From: Escherichia coli
GTDB taxonomy: Bacteria > Pseudomonadota > Gammaproteobacteria > Enterobacterales > Enterobacteriaceae
Direction: 5' to 3' (one strand)
Assembly: GCF_965641715.1 (NCBI RefSeq)
Contig: NZ_OZ282453.1
DNA length: 64,000 bases
Under the pieces are notes generated by a model. The model was not told the origin of the DNA. It worked only from the letters and a program-made list of their open reading frames with translations, and did not search any database. A program made the position numbers and the translations under genes. Shown piece after piece: positions 19,246 to 28,546 of this stretch (position 1 is its first letter; each line of letters opens with the position of its first letter).

Positions 19246-20100
19246 ATGGCAAAGAAAGTTTCTAAATGGTTTCGCATTGGCGTCGAGGGTGACACCTGCG
19301 ATGGCCGTGTCATCAGCGGTGATGACATTCAGGAAATGGCGGATTCCTTCGACCCGCGTGTCTATGGCTGTCGCATTAACCTCGAACACCTGCGCGGCAT
19401 TCTGCCCGACAGTGTGCTCAAACGTTATGGCGACGTGACCGAAGTAAAAGCGGAAATCATCAGCGATGACTCTGCCCTGAATGGCAAAAAGGCGCTGTTT
19501 GGCAAAATCGCACCGCTGGACGAACTGGTCAGCATGGTGCGCAGCGGTCAGAAAGTTTACACCTCGATGGAGATCCGCCCTAACTTCGCCAACAGCGGCA
19601 AATGTTATCTCGTTGGCCTGGCGGTGACCGATGACCCGGCAAGCCTCGGCACCGAATACCTCGAATTCTGCAGCCGTGCGACCCAGAACCCGTTGGCCGG
19701 TAAAAAAGCTCACCCTGACGACCTGTTTTCCGTTGCCACGCTGGCTGAGCTGGAATTCGAGGACGTCCCCGACACTGTCCTCAACAGCCTGACCGACAAG
19801 GTCAAAGCCATTTTCAGCCGCAAGCAGGCGAGCGATGACGCGCGTCTGGCAGATGTGCATGAGGCGGTCACTACTGTCACTGAGCAGGTGCAGACCAGCC
19901 TGAGCAATAGCGAAAAACGTGTAACCGAACTCGAAACCGCGTTTGCGCAGTTTAAGCAGGATGTGACCCGCCAGACCGAAGAAAACGCGCAGGCGTTTAC
20001 CACGCTGAAAAGTTCCCTCGATAACACCGAGAGCCATCGCCAGCCGCGCCGCGAGAAGTCGAAAGGCGGAACGGGCGACGAGCTGCTGACCAACTGCTGA
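19246..20100 (+). CDS. Capsid scaffolding protein (P2 gpO-like)
   Basis: 284 aa, identical length to P2 O, position. Confidence 0.85.
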   Translation: MAKKVSKWFRIGVEGDTCDGRVISGDDIQEMADSFDPRVYGCRINLEHLRGILPDSVLKRYGDVTEVKAEIISDDSALNGKKALFGKIAPLDELVSMVRSGQKVYTSMEIRPNFANSGKCYLVGLAVTDDPASLGTEYLEFCSRATQNPLAGKKAHPDDLFSVATLAELEFEDVPDTVLNSLTDKVKAIFSRKQASDDARLADVHEAVTTVTEQVQTSLSNSEKRVTELETAFAQFKQDVTRQTEENAQAFTTLKSSLDNTESHRQPRREKSKGGTGDELLTNC

Positions 20101-20160
20101 TAACCCGCCGGGTGCGCGTCACCCGGCCTGATGCCCCTTTTTAGAAAAACAGGAATAACA

Positions 20161-21228
20161 ATGCGTAAAGATACCCGCTTTAAATTTAATGCTTACCTGT
20201 CCCGCGTGGCGGAGCTGAACGGCGTCGACACCGACGATGTGGCAAAGAAATTCACCGTCGAGCCGTCCGTGACGCAAACCCTGATGACCACCCTGCAGGC
20301 GTCATCTGCGTTTCTGACCAAAGTGAATATCGTGCCGGTCGACGAGCTGAAAGGCGAAAAAGTCGGGGTGGGCGTCAACGGTACGATTGCCAGCACCACT
20401 GACACCGCCGCTGATGATGAGCGTAAGACCGCTGATTTTACCGCGCTCGAATCCAACAAATACGAATGTGCGCAAATCAACTTCGATTTCCATATTCGTT
20501 ACAAACAGCTCGATCTGTGGGCGCGATTCCAGGACTTTCAGACCCGTATCCGTGACGCGATTATCAAGCGCCAGTCGCTCGATTTCATCATGGCCGGTTT
20601 CAACGGTATTACCCGTGCGGCGACCTCCAACCGTAAGCAGAACCCGCTGCTGCAGGATGTCGCGGTGGGCTGGCTGCAAAAGTACCGCAATGAAGCTGCG
20701 GCACGCGTGATGTCAAAAATCACCGACGAAGACGGCAAGGTGATTTCCGATGTGATCCGCGTGGGTAAAAACGGTGACTATGAAAACCTCGATGCGCTGG
20801 TCATGGATGCGACCACCAACCTGATTGATGAGATTTATCAGGATGACCCGGAGCTCGTCGTTATCACTGGCCGTAAGCTGATGGCGGATAAATATTTCCC
20901 GCTGGTCAACAAGGCGCAGGAAAACAGCGAAACGCTGGCCGCTGACATCATCATCAGCCAGAAGCGGATCGGCAACCTGCCCGCCGTGCGCGTGCCGTAC
21001 TTCCCGGCGAATGCCCTGATGGTGACGCGCCTCGATAACCTGTCGATTTACTTCATGGATGATGCGCACCGCCGCGCCATCATTGAAGAGCCGAAAAAAG
21101 ACCGTATCGAAAACTACGAGTCAATGAATATTGACTATGTGATCGAGGCTTACGCGGCCGGTTGCCTGATTGAGAACATCAATTTAGGTGACTTCACTGC
21201 ACCTGCCGCACCGGAAAGCGGGGAGTAA
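20161..21228 (+). CDS. Major capsid protein (P2 gpN-like)
   Basis: Start at MRKDTRFKFNAYLSRVAELNG matching P2 N N-terminus. Confidence 0.9.
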   Translation: MRKDTRFKFNAYLSRVAELNGVDTDDVAKKFTVEPSVTQTLMTTLQASSAFLTKVNIVPVDELKGEKVGVGVNGTIASTTDTAADDERKTADFTALESNKYECAQINFDFHIRYKQLDLWARFQDFQTRIRDAIIKRQSLDFIMAGFNGITRAATSNRKQNPLLQDVAVGWLQKYRNEAAARVMSKITDEDGKVISDVIRVGKNGDYENLDALVMDATTNLIDEIYQDDPELVVITGRKLMADKYFPLVNKAQENSETLAADIIISQKRIGNLPAVRVPYFPANALMVTRLDNLSIYFMDDAHRRAIIEEPKKDRIENYESMNIDYVIEAYAAGCLIENINLGDFTAPAAPESGE

Positions 21229-21231
21229 GCC

Positions 21232-21987
21232 ATGACGAGTCCCGCAGCGCGTCACATGATGCGGGTCTCGGCCTCTGAAACTGCGCGGCGGGCTGCTGCT
21301 CCGCTGCGCAATGCAACTGCCTATGAGCAGATGCTCGTCAAGCTGGCCGCAGACTGTCGCACGTTAAAACAAATCCGCTCCAACGAGCGCAAGGCAGACA
21401 AAAAACGTGAGCTGTTACCGTTTTATCTGCCGTGGGTGGCTGGAGTCATCGCCAGTGGCAAAGGGGCACAGGATGACATCGTCATGACCGTCATGCTCTG
21501 GCGTCTTGATGCTGATGACATTGCCGGTGCGCTGGAAATCGCCCGCTACGCGATGACGTATGGCCTGACCATGCCGACCGGCGGCCACCGCCGCACAACG
21601 CCGTATTTACTGGCCGAAGAGGTCGCCCTGTCAGCGCAGCGCTTGCTTGATGCAAAACAGCCAGTCGTGCTGTCGCTCCTGCTCGACACCATCGCACTGA
21701 CCGAACGTGCAGACATGCCCGATATCGTGCGCGCGAAGTTGTACAAAATCACCGGCTACGTGCTGCGTGATGCTGGCAACCTGACTGACGCGCTGGCGCA
21801 CCTGCAGCGTGCGATCCAGTTAGAACGGACTATCGGTGTGAAAAAGGATATTGAGCAGCTTGAACGCGCGCTGAGACCCAAACCAGAACCTGCACCCAAA
21901 CAGAATAAACCGCGTACGCGCAAACCTGCCGCTAAACCGGCGGCACAGCGCGGGCGTCCCCCGAAAGCGGCAAAAGCCGCAGGTTAA
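21232..21987 (+). CDS. Terminase small subunit (P2 gpM-like)
   Basis: 251 aa, position, basic PKP-rich C-terminus. Confidence 0.8.
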   Translation: MTSPAARHMMRVSASETARRAAAPLRNATAYEQMLVKLAADCRTLKQIRSNERKADKKRELLPFYLPWVAGVIASGKGAQDDIVMTVMLWRLDADDIAGALEIARYAMTYGLTMPTGGHRRTTPYLLAEEVALSAQRLLDAKQPVVLSLLLDTIALTERADMPDIVRAKLYKITGYVLRDAGNLTDALAHLQRAIQLERTIGVKKDIEQLERALRPKPEPAPKQNKPRTRKPAAKPAAQRGRPPKAAKAAG

Positions 21988-22086
21988 CCGAGCGCTCCCC
22001 GAGCCGGGCGGCACGCCGGTCAATGCGGGTATTGATTGCCCTGACTGCGACCGGCGTCCACCGCCCACCCATTACCCGAGGTTGTC

Positions 22087-22593
22087 ATGACGACAGTGAT
22101 TATTGAGCCAAAAAAAGAGCCGCAGGACGTGCCGGGCGTGGTGATACCGCCACCGGGCGTGAGTGAGCCGGCAATAAAAAACACCTTCTTTTTTCCTGAT
22201 GTTGATCCGAAGCGCGTGCGTGAGCTGATGCGTCTGGAGCAGACCGTTTCCCCGCTGCGCCTGAATGATGCGATTAAAGCCGGTATGGCCGAAACCAATG
22301 CGGAGCTTGCCCTGTGGCGGGTTGACCAGATGGCCGCAGGTCATCAGACGCTGGCAGATGTGCCTGCCGATGATATCGACGGTGAAAGCGTGCGCTGTTT
22401 CCACTATTTCCGCGCCGTCTGCGCCATGACCAGCGCCACCCTGTTTGAACGCTATCGCGGCATCGATGCGACGGCGAAAGGTGACCGCAAGGCGGAAAGC
22501 ACCGAGGCGGTTATCGATGAACTGTGGCGGGATATGCGCTGGTCTGTGGCGCGTATTCAGGATAAGCCGCGCTGCATTGTCGGCCAAATCTGA
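22087..22593 (+). CDS. Capsid completion protein (P2 gpL-like)
   Basis: 168 aa, position. Confidence 0.8.
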   Translation: MTTVIIEPKKEPQDVPGVVIPPPGVSEPAIKNTFFFPDVDPKRVRELMRLEQTVSPLRLNDAIKAGMAETNAELALWRVDQMAAGHQTLADVPADDIDGESVRCFHYFRAVCAMTSATLFERYRGIDATAKGDRKAESTEAVIDELWRDMRWSVARIQDKPRCIVGQI

Positions 22594-22796
22594 TGAAGGT
22601 TTACGCGATGCAGGGTGACACCCTTGATGCGATTTGCGCCCGGTATTACGGGCGCACTGAGGGCGTCGTTGAAACGGTGCTGCAGGCGAATCCGGGGCTG
22701 TCAGAGTTGGGCGTTATTCTACCGCACGGCACGGCCATTGAACTGCCCGAAACCGACAGCGCCCCGAAAACCGAAACGGTGATTCTATGGGACTGA
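22593..22796 (+). CDS. Tail protein X-like (67 aa)
   Basis: Size and position as P2 X. Confidence 0.65.
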   Translation: MKVYAMQGDTLDAICARYYGRTEGVVETVLQANPGLSELGVILPHGTAIELPETDSAPKTETVILWD

Positions 22797-23008
22797 GTGT
22801 GGAAAAAATCACGACCTTTATCGCTTACTGGCTGGCCGTGGGGCTGGCGTATTTCGGGGCGATGTCGCCCGAAAAGCTGGCGCTGTATGTGGGGAGTGCC
22901 TGCGCCATTTTTACCGCGCTGACGAATTACTGGTTTAAGCGCAAAACCTTTCGCTATCTGAAATCGCTCGGACTCGATAAGGGGGCGATACGTGAGCTCA
23001 ATCATTAA
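22787..23008 (+). CDS. Putative holin/pinholin (73 aa, two hydrophobic segments)
   Basis: Small membrane protein immediately upstream of SAR endolysin. Confidence 0.5.
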   Translation: MGLSVEKITTFIAYWLAVGLAYFGAMSPEKLALYVGSACAIFTALTNYWFKRKTFRYLKSLGLDKGAIRELNH

Positions 23009-23501
23009 ACGCTGCAGTGTGGCCGCCGTGCTGGCGCTGGCGGCACTGGTGCCTGACTTTCGTCTGCTTAACACCTCGCCCGAGGGGCTGGCGCTGATTG
23101 CTGACCTTGAAGGATGTCGCCTGACGCCTTACCAGTGCAGCGCGGGCGTGTGGACGTCGGGCATTGGCCACACTGCCGGGGTTGTCCCGAAAGGGGATAT
23201 TACCGAACAGCGCGCGGCGGAAAACCTCGTCGCGGATGTGCTCAACACTGAGCAACGGCTCGCGGTCTGTGTGCCGGTGGATATGCCACCGCGCGTCTAT
23301 GACACGCTGGTCAGTTTTGCCTTTAACGTGGGAACGGGGGCCGCCTGCCGGTCGACGCTGGTCTCGTATATCAAACGTCATCAGTGGTGGCAGGCGTGCG
23401 ACCAGCTCACCCGCTGGGTGTATGTGAAGGGTGTCCGAAACCGGGGGCTGGAAAACCGCCGCGATCGGGAGTGGGCTTACTGCGTTAAGGGGATGCAATG
23501 A
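22992..23501 (+). CDS. SAR endolysin (phage lysozyme family) with N-terminal signal-anchor-release segment
   Basis: N-terminal hydrophobic CSVAAVLALAALV; lysozyme-like core (GLALIADLEGCRLTPY...GIGHT). Confidence 0.8.
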   Translation: MSSIIKRCSVAAVLALAALVPDFRLLNTSPEGLALIADLEGCRLTPYQCSAGVWTSGIGHTAGVVPKGDITEQRAAENLVADVLNTEQRLAVCVPVDMPPRVYDTLVSFAFNVGTGAACRSTLVSYIKRHQWWQACDQLTRWVYVKGVRNRGLENRRDREWAYCVKGMQ

Positions 23502-23923
23502 AAGTGCTGATTATTCTGCTGGCCGGGTTGCTCGCCATGGTGCTGTGGCTGCGCCACGATAACGCGAATTTATCCCGCTCCTTTGAAAAGGCGAACCGGG
23601 TCGCCAATGAGCAAAAGACGACGATTGGCATGCTGAAAAATCAGTTTGCCGTATCGCAGCGCATCGCCAGGACGAATGAAGCCGTGCAGGTCAGGCTCAG
23701 TGACGAGCTGAACGCCGCCGGAGAGCTGGCGGCAAGACGTGAACAAACCATAACGAGGCTGCTGAATGAAAACGAGGATTTGCGCCGCTGGTATAGCGCT
23801 GATTTGCCTGATGCTGTGCGCCGGTTGCACATCCGCACCGGCTGCGCCTCCGCTGCCTATTGTTTACAACGCCTGCCCGAAGGTGAGCTTCTGCCCGATG
23901 CCGGGCAGCGATCCCACGACTAA
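23498..23923 (+). CDS. i-spanin (LysB/Rz-like)
   Basis: N-terminal TM segment, coiled-coil rich, position after endolysin. Confidence 0.6.
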   Translation: MKVLIILLAGLLAMVLWLRHDNANLSRSFEKANRVANEQKTTIGMLKNQFAVSQRIARTNEAVQVRLSDELNAAGELAARREQTITRLLNENEDLRRWYSADLPDAVRRLHIRTGCASAAYCLQRLPEGELLPDAGQRSHD

Positions 23924-24056
23924 CGGCGACCTGAGTGCTGATATTCGCAGGCTTGAGCACGCGCTCACCGCCTGCGCGCTAAAGGTCGAAACCATCAAAG
24001 ACTGTCAGGATAAAATCGATGCAGAAAATGAAAAGCCTGCGCCAGGCGCTTACTGA
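23766..24056 (+). CDS. o-spanin (LysC/Rz1-like lipoprotein) embedded out of frame in i-spanin gene
   Basis: Lipobox LCAGC, proline-rich, overlaps end of i-spanin. Confidence 0.55.
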   Translation: MKTRICAAGIALICLMLCAGCTSAPAAPPLPIVYNACPKVSFCPMPGSDPTTNGDLSADIRRLEHALTACALKVETIKDCQDKIDAENEKPAPGAY

Positions 24057-24486
24057 CGCCGTGCCGCAGTTAAAAAACAATCCCGAAATGATGCGCATCT
24101 TTGCCGATGAGGGAAATATCTATGCGCGTCTCGCGGCCTCGCTGTCTCATGAAAAGAATTACACCCTGAATGTGATCGTCTGCGATTTTGTGGGCGACCC
24201 TGACCTGATTTTCGTGCCGGTGGCGGCATGGCTGCGTGAGAACCAGCCGGATATCTGCACGCTGGATGAGGGGCGCAAAAAGGGCTATCGGTTCCAGATG
24301 GATTTAAACGACGGTGATAATGTGGATATCAGTATCAGCCTGCAGCTCACCGAGCGCACTCTCGTCAGGGATGAAAATGGTGCGCTGCACGTCAGCTATG
24401 CGCCTGAACCACCTTTACCCGAGCCGGTGACGCGGCCAACTGAGCTGTATATCAATGGCGAACTGGTGAGCAAATGGGATGAATGA
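24019..24486 (+). CDS. Tail completion protein R-like
   Basis: 155 aa as P2 R, position. Confidence 0.7.
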   Translation: MQKMKSLRQALTDAVPQLKNNPEMMRIFADEGNIYARLAASLSHEKNYTLNVIVCDFVGDPDLIFVPVAAWLRENQPDICTLDEGRKKGYRFQMDLNDGDNVDISISLQLTERTLVRDENGALHVSYAPEPPLPEPVTRPTELYINGELVSKWDE

Positions 24487-24946
24487 ATTTAAACCTTTTG
24501 ATGACAAGCTTGCGGGGTTGATTGCGGCAATATCACCGGCGGGTAGGCGTAAGCTGGCCGCTGAAATAGCAAAGCAACTGCGCAGATCGCAACAGCAACG
24601 CATCAAACAGCAAATTGCGCCTGATGGCACGCCGTATCAGGCTCGTAAGCGCCAGCCGCTCAGGGCAAAATCGGGGCGAATCAAAAGGTCGATGTTCCAG
24701 AAATTGCGAACCAGTCGCTACATGAAAGCCAGTGGCCGCAATGATGCCGCCGTGGTGGAGTTTACCGGCAAAGTGCAACGCATCGCCCAGATTCATCAGC
24801 TCGGACTCAAAGACCGGCCAAACCCTCATGCTCAGGACGTGCAATACCCGGAACGCCAGTTACTCGGATTTAGCATGACTGATAAGGAGTTGATTGAACT
24901 GTTAATTAACATGCATTTCAGAAAAAATACTGTGGCTGAATGCTGA
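24479..24946 (+). CDS. Tail completion protein S-like
   Basis: 155 aa, position. Confidence 0.7.
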   Translation: MNEFKPFDDKLAGLIAAISPAGRRKLAAEIAKQLRRSQQQRIKQQIAPDGTPYQARKRQPLRAKSGRIKRSMFQKLRTSRYMKASGRNDAAVVEFTGKVQRIAQIHQLGLKDRPNPHAQDVQYPERQLLGFSMTDKELIELLINMHFRKNTVAEC

Positions 24947-25038
24947 GAGTCCTAAGAAAATAGAGAAAGCAGATATTATACAAAAAAGATAATATCTGCT
25001 GCTGGGTCGATATTTGAATGTATTTATTTAATCTATTG

Positions 25039-25791
25039 CTAACGTTCGAATATTATTATCACCCCAAGAGTGAGATGTATATGATCTTCTATTTGTTCAT
25101 ATTCTTCTTGGGTGTAAGAAAGTTTAGCTAATTCTTCTGTTGCTGAAAAGACATCAATGGATACTTGGACGCCTGATGGGATTTCATTTTTTATTTCATT
25201 AATGTATTTGTTGTATTTTCTTGTGATTAGTATTATTGCGCGATCTCTGTCGACGGTGGTTGAGCAATATCGATTGGATTTGCTGTTGTTATTGTGGAAT
25301 GATTCGAATGCGCAATTGAGGGCAAGTCTTAGATTTGATGATCCTGTATTTCCAGTGTGATTGAAGTATTCTATGTTTCTTCTTAAGTCTTCAAATAGTT
25401 TTGCCTTATTTGGATTGTCCCCTTTAACTTCAATAGCACATTTTGGATAATCAAACCCATTATTATTGCCTAGTATGGCAATGTCTATCCTACCTTTTCT
25501 GGTTGTGTTTGCTTTGATTCTTAGTATTTGCCTTGAAAATATTTTCCCCGGCGTTAGTCTTTTTGAAAATGGCACCGTTGAAGTTATAAAATCCCCTGTA
25601 TCATATTCAAAAATTATTTTCTCATCATCTATGTGAAAATTTTTACTATCAAGTAGGGCTTTGCCTATTGATACAGTAGCGACGTATTCGGTATTGATTT
25701 TACCACCAGAACTGAAATTCATTAAACGTGTGATTTTAGCTGCATTGGACATGCCATCCTTTACTGCTGTGATTATTTCGTAATTGTCCAT
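25039..25791 (-). CDS. AT-rich cargo protein (250 aa) with PD-(D/E)xK-like nuclease motif
   Basis: Opposite strand to flanking tail genes; motif GRIDIAIL..(17 aa)..AIEVKGDN (D103, E121, K123; 25423..25485); strongly AT-rich. Confidence 0.6.
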   Translation of the reverse strand: MDNYEIITAVKDGMSNAAKITRLMNFSSGGKINTEYVATVSIGKALLDSKNFHIDDEKIIFEYDTGDFITSTVPFSKRLTPGKIFSRQILRIKANTTRKGRIDIAILGNNNGFDYPKCAIEVKGDNPNKAKLFEDLRRNIEYFNHTGNTGSSNLRLALNCAFESFHNNNSKSNRYCSTTVDRDRAIILITRKYNKYINEIKNEIPSGVQVSIDVFSATEELAKLSYTQEEYEQIEDHIHLTLGVIIIFER

Positions 25792-26109
25792 ATTATTTAC
25801 TCAGGTAACTGTTTTATTTTGATTGTTCTTACTGGATGTTTTATAAGTATAATAATTTGGATTATGCTAATCAACTAGTCTTCTTTCGGCTTTTACTAAT
25901 GACTCATTTATGAATGATAATGTTATGATTCCAGCAACCGAAGTGGGTATTTTTTTGCACCCAAGTGATCGTTTTGTGGAACTAATATGAGTCTATAAGT
26001 ATCCCTATTTCACTAGTAGGTTGAGACGTCACACTTGCTGGCTGTTGTTTCATGCCCCACAAAACTCAGCTCAATTGTCGCTGGCCTCACTAGGCGGCAT
26101 CCTTTCCCC

Positions 26110-26751
26110 ATGAATACTTTAAATTCCATTCAGGATATCGCCCGAGCGATCCGAAACCTTATCCGCACCGGCATTGTGACTGCAGTCAATCCCGATGAGG
26201 GGCTTTGTCGTGTCCAGACCGGCGGCATGCAAACCACCTGGCTAAACTGGCTGACCTGCCGCGCCGGTCGCTCGCGTGTCTGGTGGGCTCCCTCGGTTGG
26301 CGAGCAGGTGCTTATTCTTGCCATTGGTGGCGAGCTTGACACCGCCTTTGTGCTGCCTGGTATTTTCTCTGATGACCATCCCGCGCCGTCGACCTCGCCC
26401 GATGCGTTTCACGTCACTTTTCCTGACGGGGCGGTTATCGAGTACGAGCCCGAAAACGGGGCGCTCACCGTGTCCGGTATCAAAACTGCCGACGTTACCG
26501 CATCGGAGTCCATCACCGCCACCGTGCCGGTGGTGCTGGTTAAGGCATCGACCTGCATCACCCTCGATACACCCGAGGTGGTGTGTACCAACAAGCTGAC
26601 AACCGGCACGCTCGAAGTGAAAAAAGGCGGGACGATGTCGGGGAACATCGAGCACACCGGCGGGAAATTTACCTCGAACGGCGTGCAGGTCGATGACCAC
26701 GACCACGGCGGCGTGAAGCGGGGCGATGACAGAACGGTGGGGACACAATGA
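26110..26751 (+). CDS. Baseplate spike protein V-like
   Basis: Start at MNTLNSIQDIARAIRNLIRTG; position. Confidence 0.85.
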   Translation: MNTLNSIQDIARAIRNLIRTGIVTAVNPDEGLCRVQTGGMQTTWLNWLTCRAGRSRVWWAPSVGEQVLILAIGGELDTAFVLPGIFSDDHPAPSTSPDAFHVTFPDGAVIEYEPENGALTVSGIKTADVTASESITATVPVVLVKASTCITLDTPEVVCTNKLTTGTLEVKKGGTMSGNIEHTGGKFTSNGVQVDDHDHGGVKRGDDRTVGTQ

Positions 26752-27098
26752 TGGTGCGTTATCTGGGAATGAACAGCCACACCGGTCTCAGTATTTCTGA
26801 GGTGGAACACATCAGGCAAAGCGTGCGCGACATTCTGGTCACGCCGGTGGGCTCGCGGGTCATGCGTCGGGAATATGGCTCGCTACTGTCTGCACTGATT
26901 GACCAGCCGCAGACCCCGGCGCTGCGCCTGCAGATTATGGCCGCGTGCTACTCGGCTATCCAGAAGTGGGAACCGCGCGTCAGTTTGTCGACCATCGCCT
27001 TTGAACGCGGAGAGGATGACGGAGCGATGTACGTCGATATGACCGGCACGCGTTCGGCATCAGGCCAGCCTTTTTCTATCACCCTTCCACTGAGTTAA
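26748..27098 (+). CDS. Baseplate protein W-like
   Basis: 116 aa, position. Confidence 0.8.
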   Translation: MMVRYLGMNSHTGLSISEVEHIRQSVRDILVTPVGSRVMRREYGSLLSALIDQPQTPALRLQIMAACYSAIQKWEPRVSLSTIAFERGEDDGAMYVDMTGTRSASGQPFSITLPLS

Positions 27099-27103
27099 AC
27101 GTT

Positions 27104-28012
27104 ATGGCTATTGTTGACCTGAGCCAGCTCGCCGCACCTGATGTTGTGGAAGAGCTGGACTATGAAACCATCCTGACAGAGCGAAAGGCGACGCTCGTCT
27201 CGCTGTATCCCGAAGAGCAACAAGACGCGGTCGCGCGCACGCTGACGTTTGAATCAGAGCCGATCGTGAAACTGCTGCAGGAAAATGCTTATCGGGAGGT
27301 TATCTGGCGTCAGCGTGTCAATGAGTCGGCACGGGCGGTGATGCTGGCTTACGCTGCCGGTCATGACCTCGATAACCTTGGCGCAAATTACAACGTTGAA
27401 CGTCTCGTTATTACGCCTGCTGATGAAACCACGCTGCCGCCGACACCTGCTGTGATGGAGTCGGACACCGATTATCGCCTGCGTATTCAACAGGCTTTTG
27501 AGGGAATGAGTGTTGCCGGGTCGACCGGTGCGTATCAGTTTCATGGCCGCAGCGCTGACGGGCGGGTCGCCGATATTTCTGTTATCAGCCCGGAGCCTGC
27601 CTGCGTGACCGTGTCGGTGCTGTCCCGGGAGAATAACGGCGCGGCATCCGGGGAACTGCTCGCCGTGGTGCGTAATGCGCTGAACGATGAGGATGTGAGG
27701 CCGGTTGCTGACCGTGTGACCGTGCAGTCGGCGGTCATTGTCGACTACACCATTGATGCCGCGCTTTATCTTTATCCCGGCCCCGAAAGCGAGCCGGTGC
27801 TCAGTGCGGCAAAAGCGAAGCTGCAGACCTATATCAACGCGCAGCACCGGCTCGGGCGTGACATCCGCAAGTCTGCCATCTATGCAGCACTCCACGTTGA
27901 GGGCGTGCAGCGTGTCGAACTTGTCGCGCCGGTGGCTGACATCGTACTCAATGAGACGCAGGCGTCATATTGCACTGCGTACAGTGTAAATATCGGGGGC
28001 AACGATGAGTGA
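27104..28012 (+). CDS. Baseplate protein J-like
   Basis: 302 aa as P2 J. Confidence 0.85.
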   Translation: MAIVDLSQLAAPDVVEELDYETILTERKATLVSLYPEEQQDAVARTLTFESEPIVKLLQENAYREVIWRQRVNESARAVMLAYAAGHDLDNLGANYNVERLVITPADETTLPPTPAVMESDTDYRLRIQQAFEGMSVAGSTGAYQFHGRSADGRVADISVISPEPACVTVSVLSRENNGAASGELLAVVRNALNDEDVRPVADRVTVQSAVIVDYTIDAALYLYPGPESEPVLSAAKAKLQTYINAQHRLGRDIRKSAIYAALHVEGVQRVELVAPVADIVLNETQASYCTAYSVNIGGNDE

Positions 28013-28535
28013 TACCCGTCTGCTGCCGGTGGGCTCGTCGCCGCTTGAGGTGGCGGCGGCGCGCGCCTGCGCGGATATCGAAAATACCCCTGTCCCGCTG
28101 CGTCGCCTCTGGAACCCTGACAACTGCCCCGCAAACCTGCTGCCGTGGCTGGCCTGGGCGTTTTCGGTTGATCGCTGGGATGAGAGCTGGCCGGAAGAAA
28201 CCAAACGCGAGGTTATCCGCAGCGCGTGGTTTATCCATGCGCACAAAGGGACGATAGGTGCGGTGCGTCGTGTGGTCGAGCCGCTCGGGTATCTGATTAA
28301 CGTGACGGAGTGGTGGGAGACGAACGACCCGCCGGGCACGTTTCGCCTTGATATCGGCGTGCTGGAGACCGGCATCACCGAGGAAATGTATTACGAAATG
28401 GAGAGGCTTATTGCTGATGCAAAGCCAGCCAGCCGCCATCTTATTGGCCTGAATATTATCCAGGACATACCGGGTTATCTCTTCACCGGAGCCCTGACCT
28501 ATGACGGCGACATCATCACGGTTTACCCCGGATAA
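28005..28535 (+). CDS. Baseplate protein I-like
   Basis: 176 aa as P2 I. Confidence 0.8.
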   Translation: MSDTRLLPVGSSPLEVAAARACADIENTPVPLRRLWNPDNCPANLLPWLAWAFSVDRWDESWPEETKREVIRSAWFIHAHKGTIGAVRRVVEPLGYLINVTEWWETNDPPGTFRLDIGVLETGITEEMYYEMERLIADAKPASRHLIGLNIIQDIPGYLFTGALTYDGDIITVYPG

Positions 28536-28546
28536 GTGAGAACACA

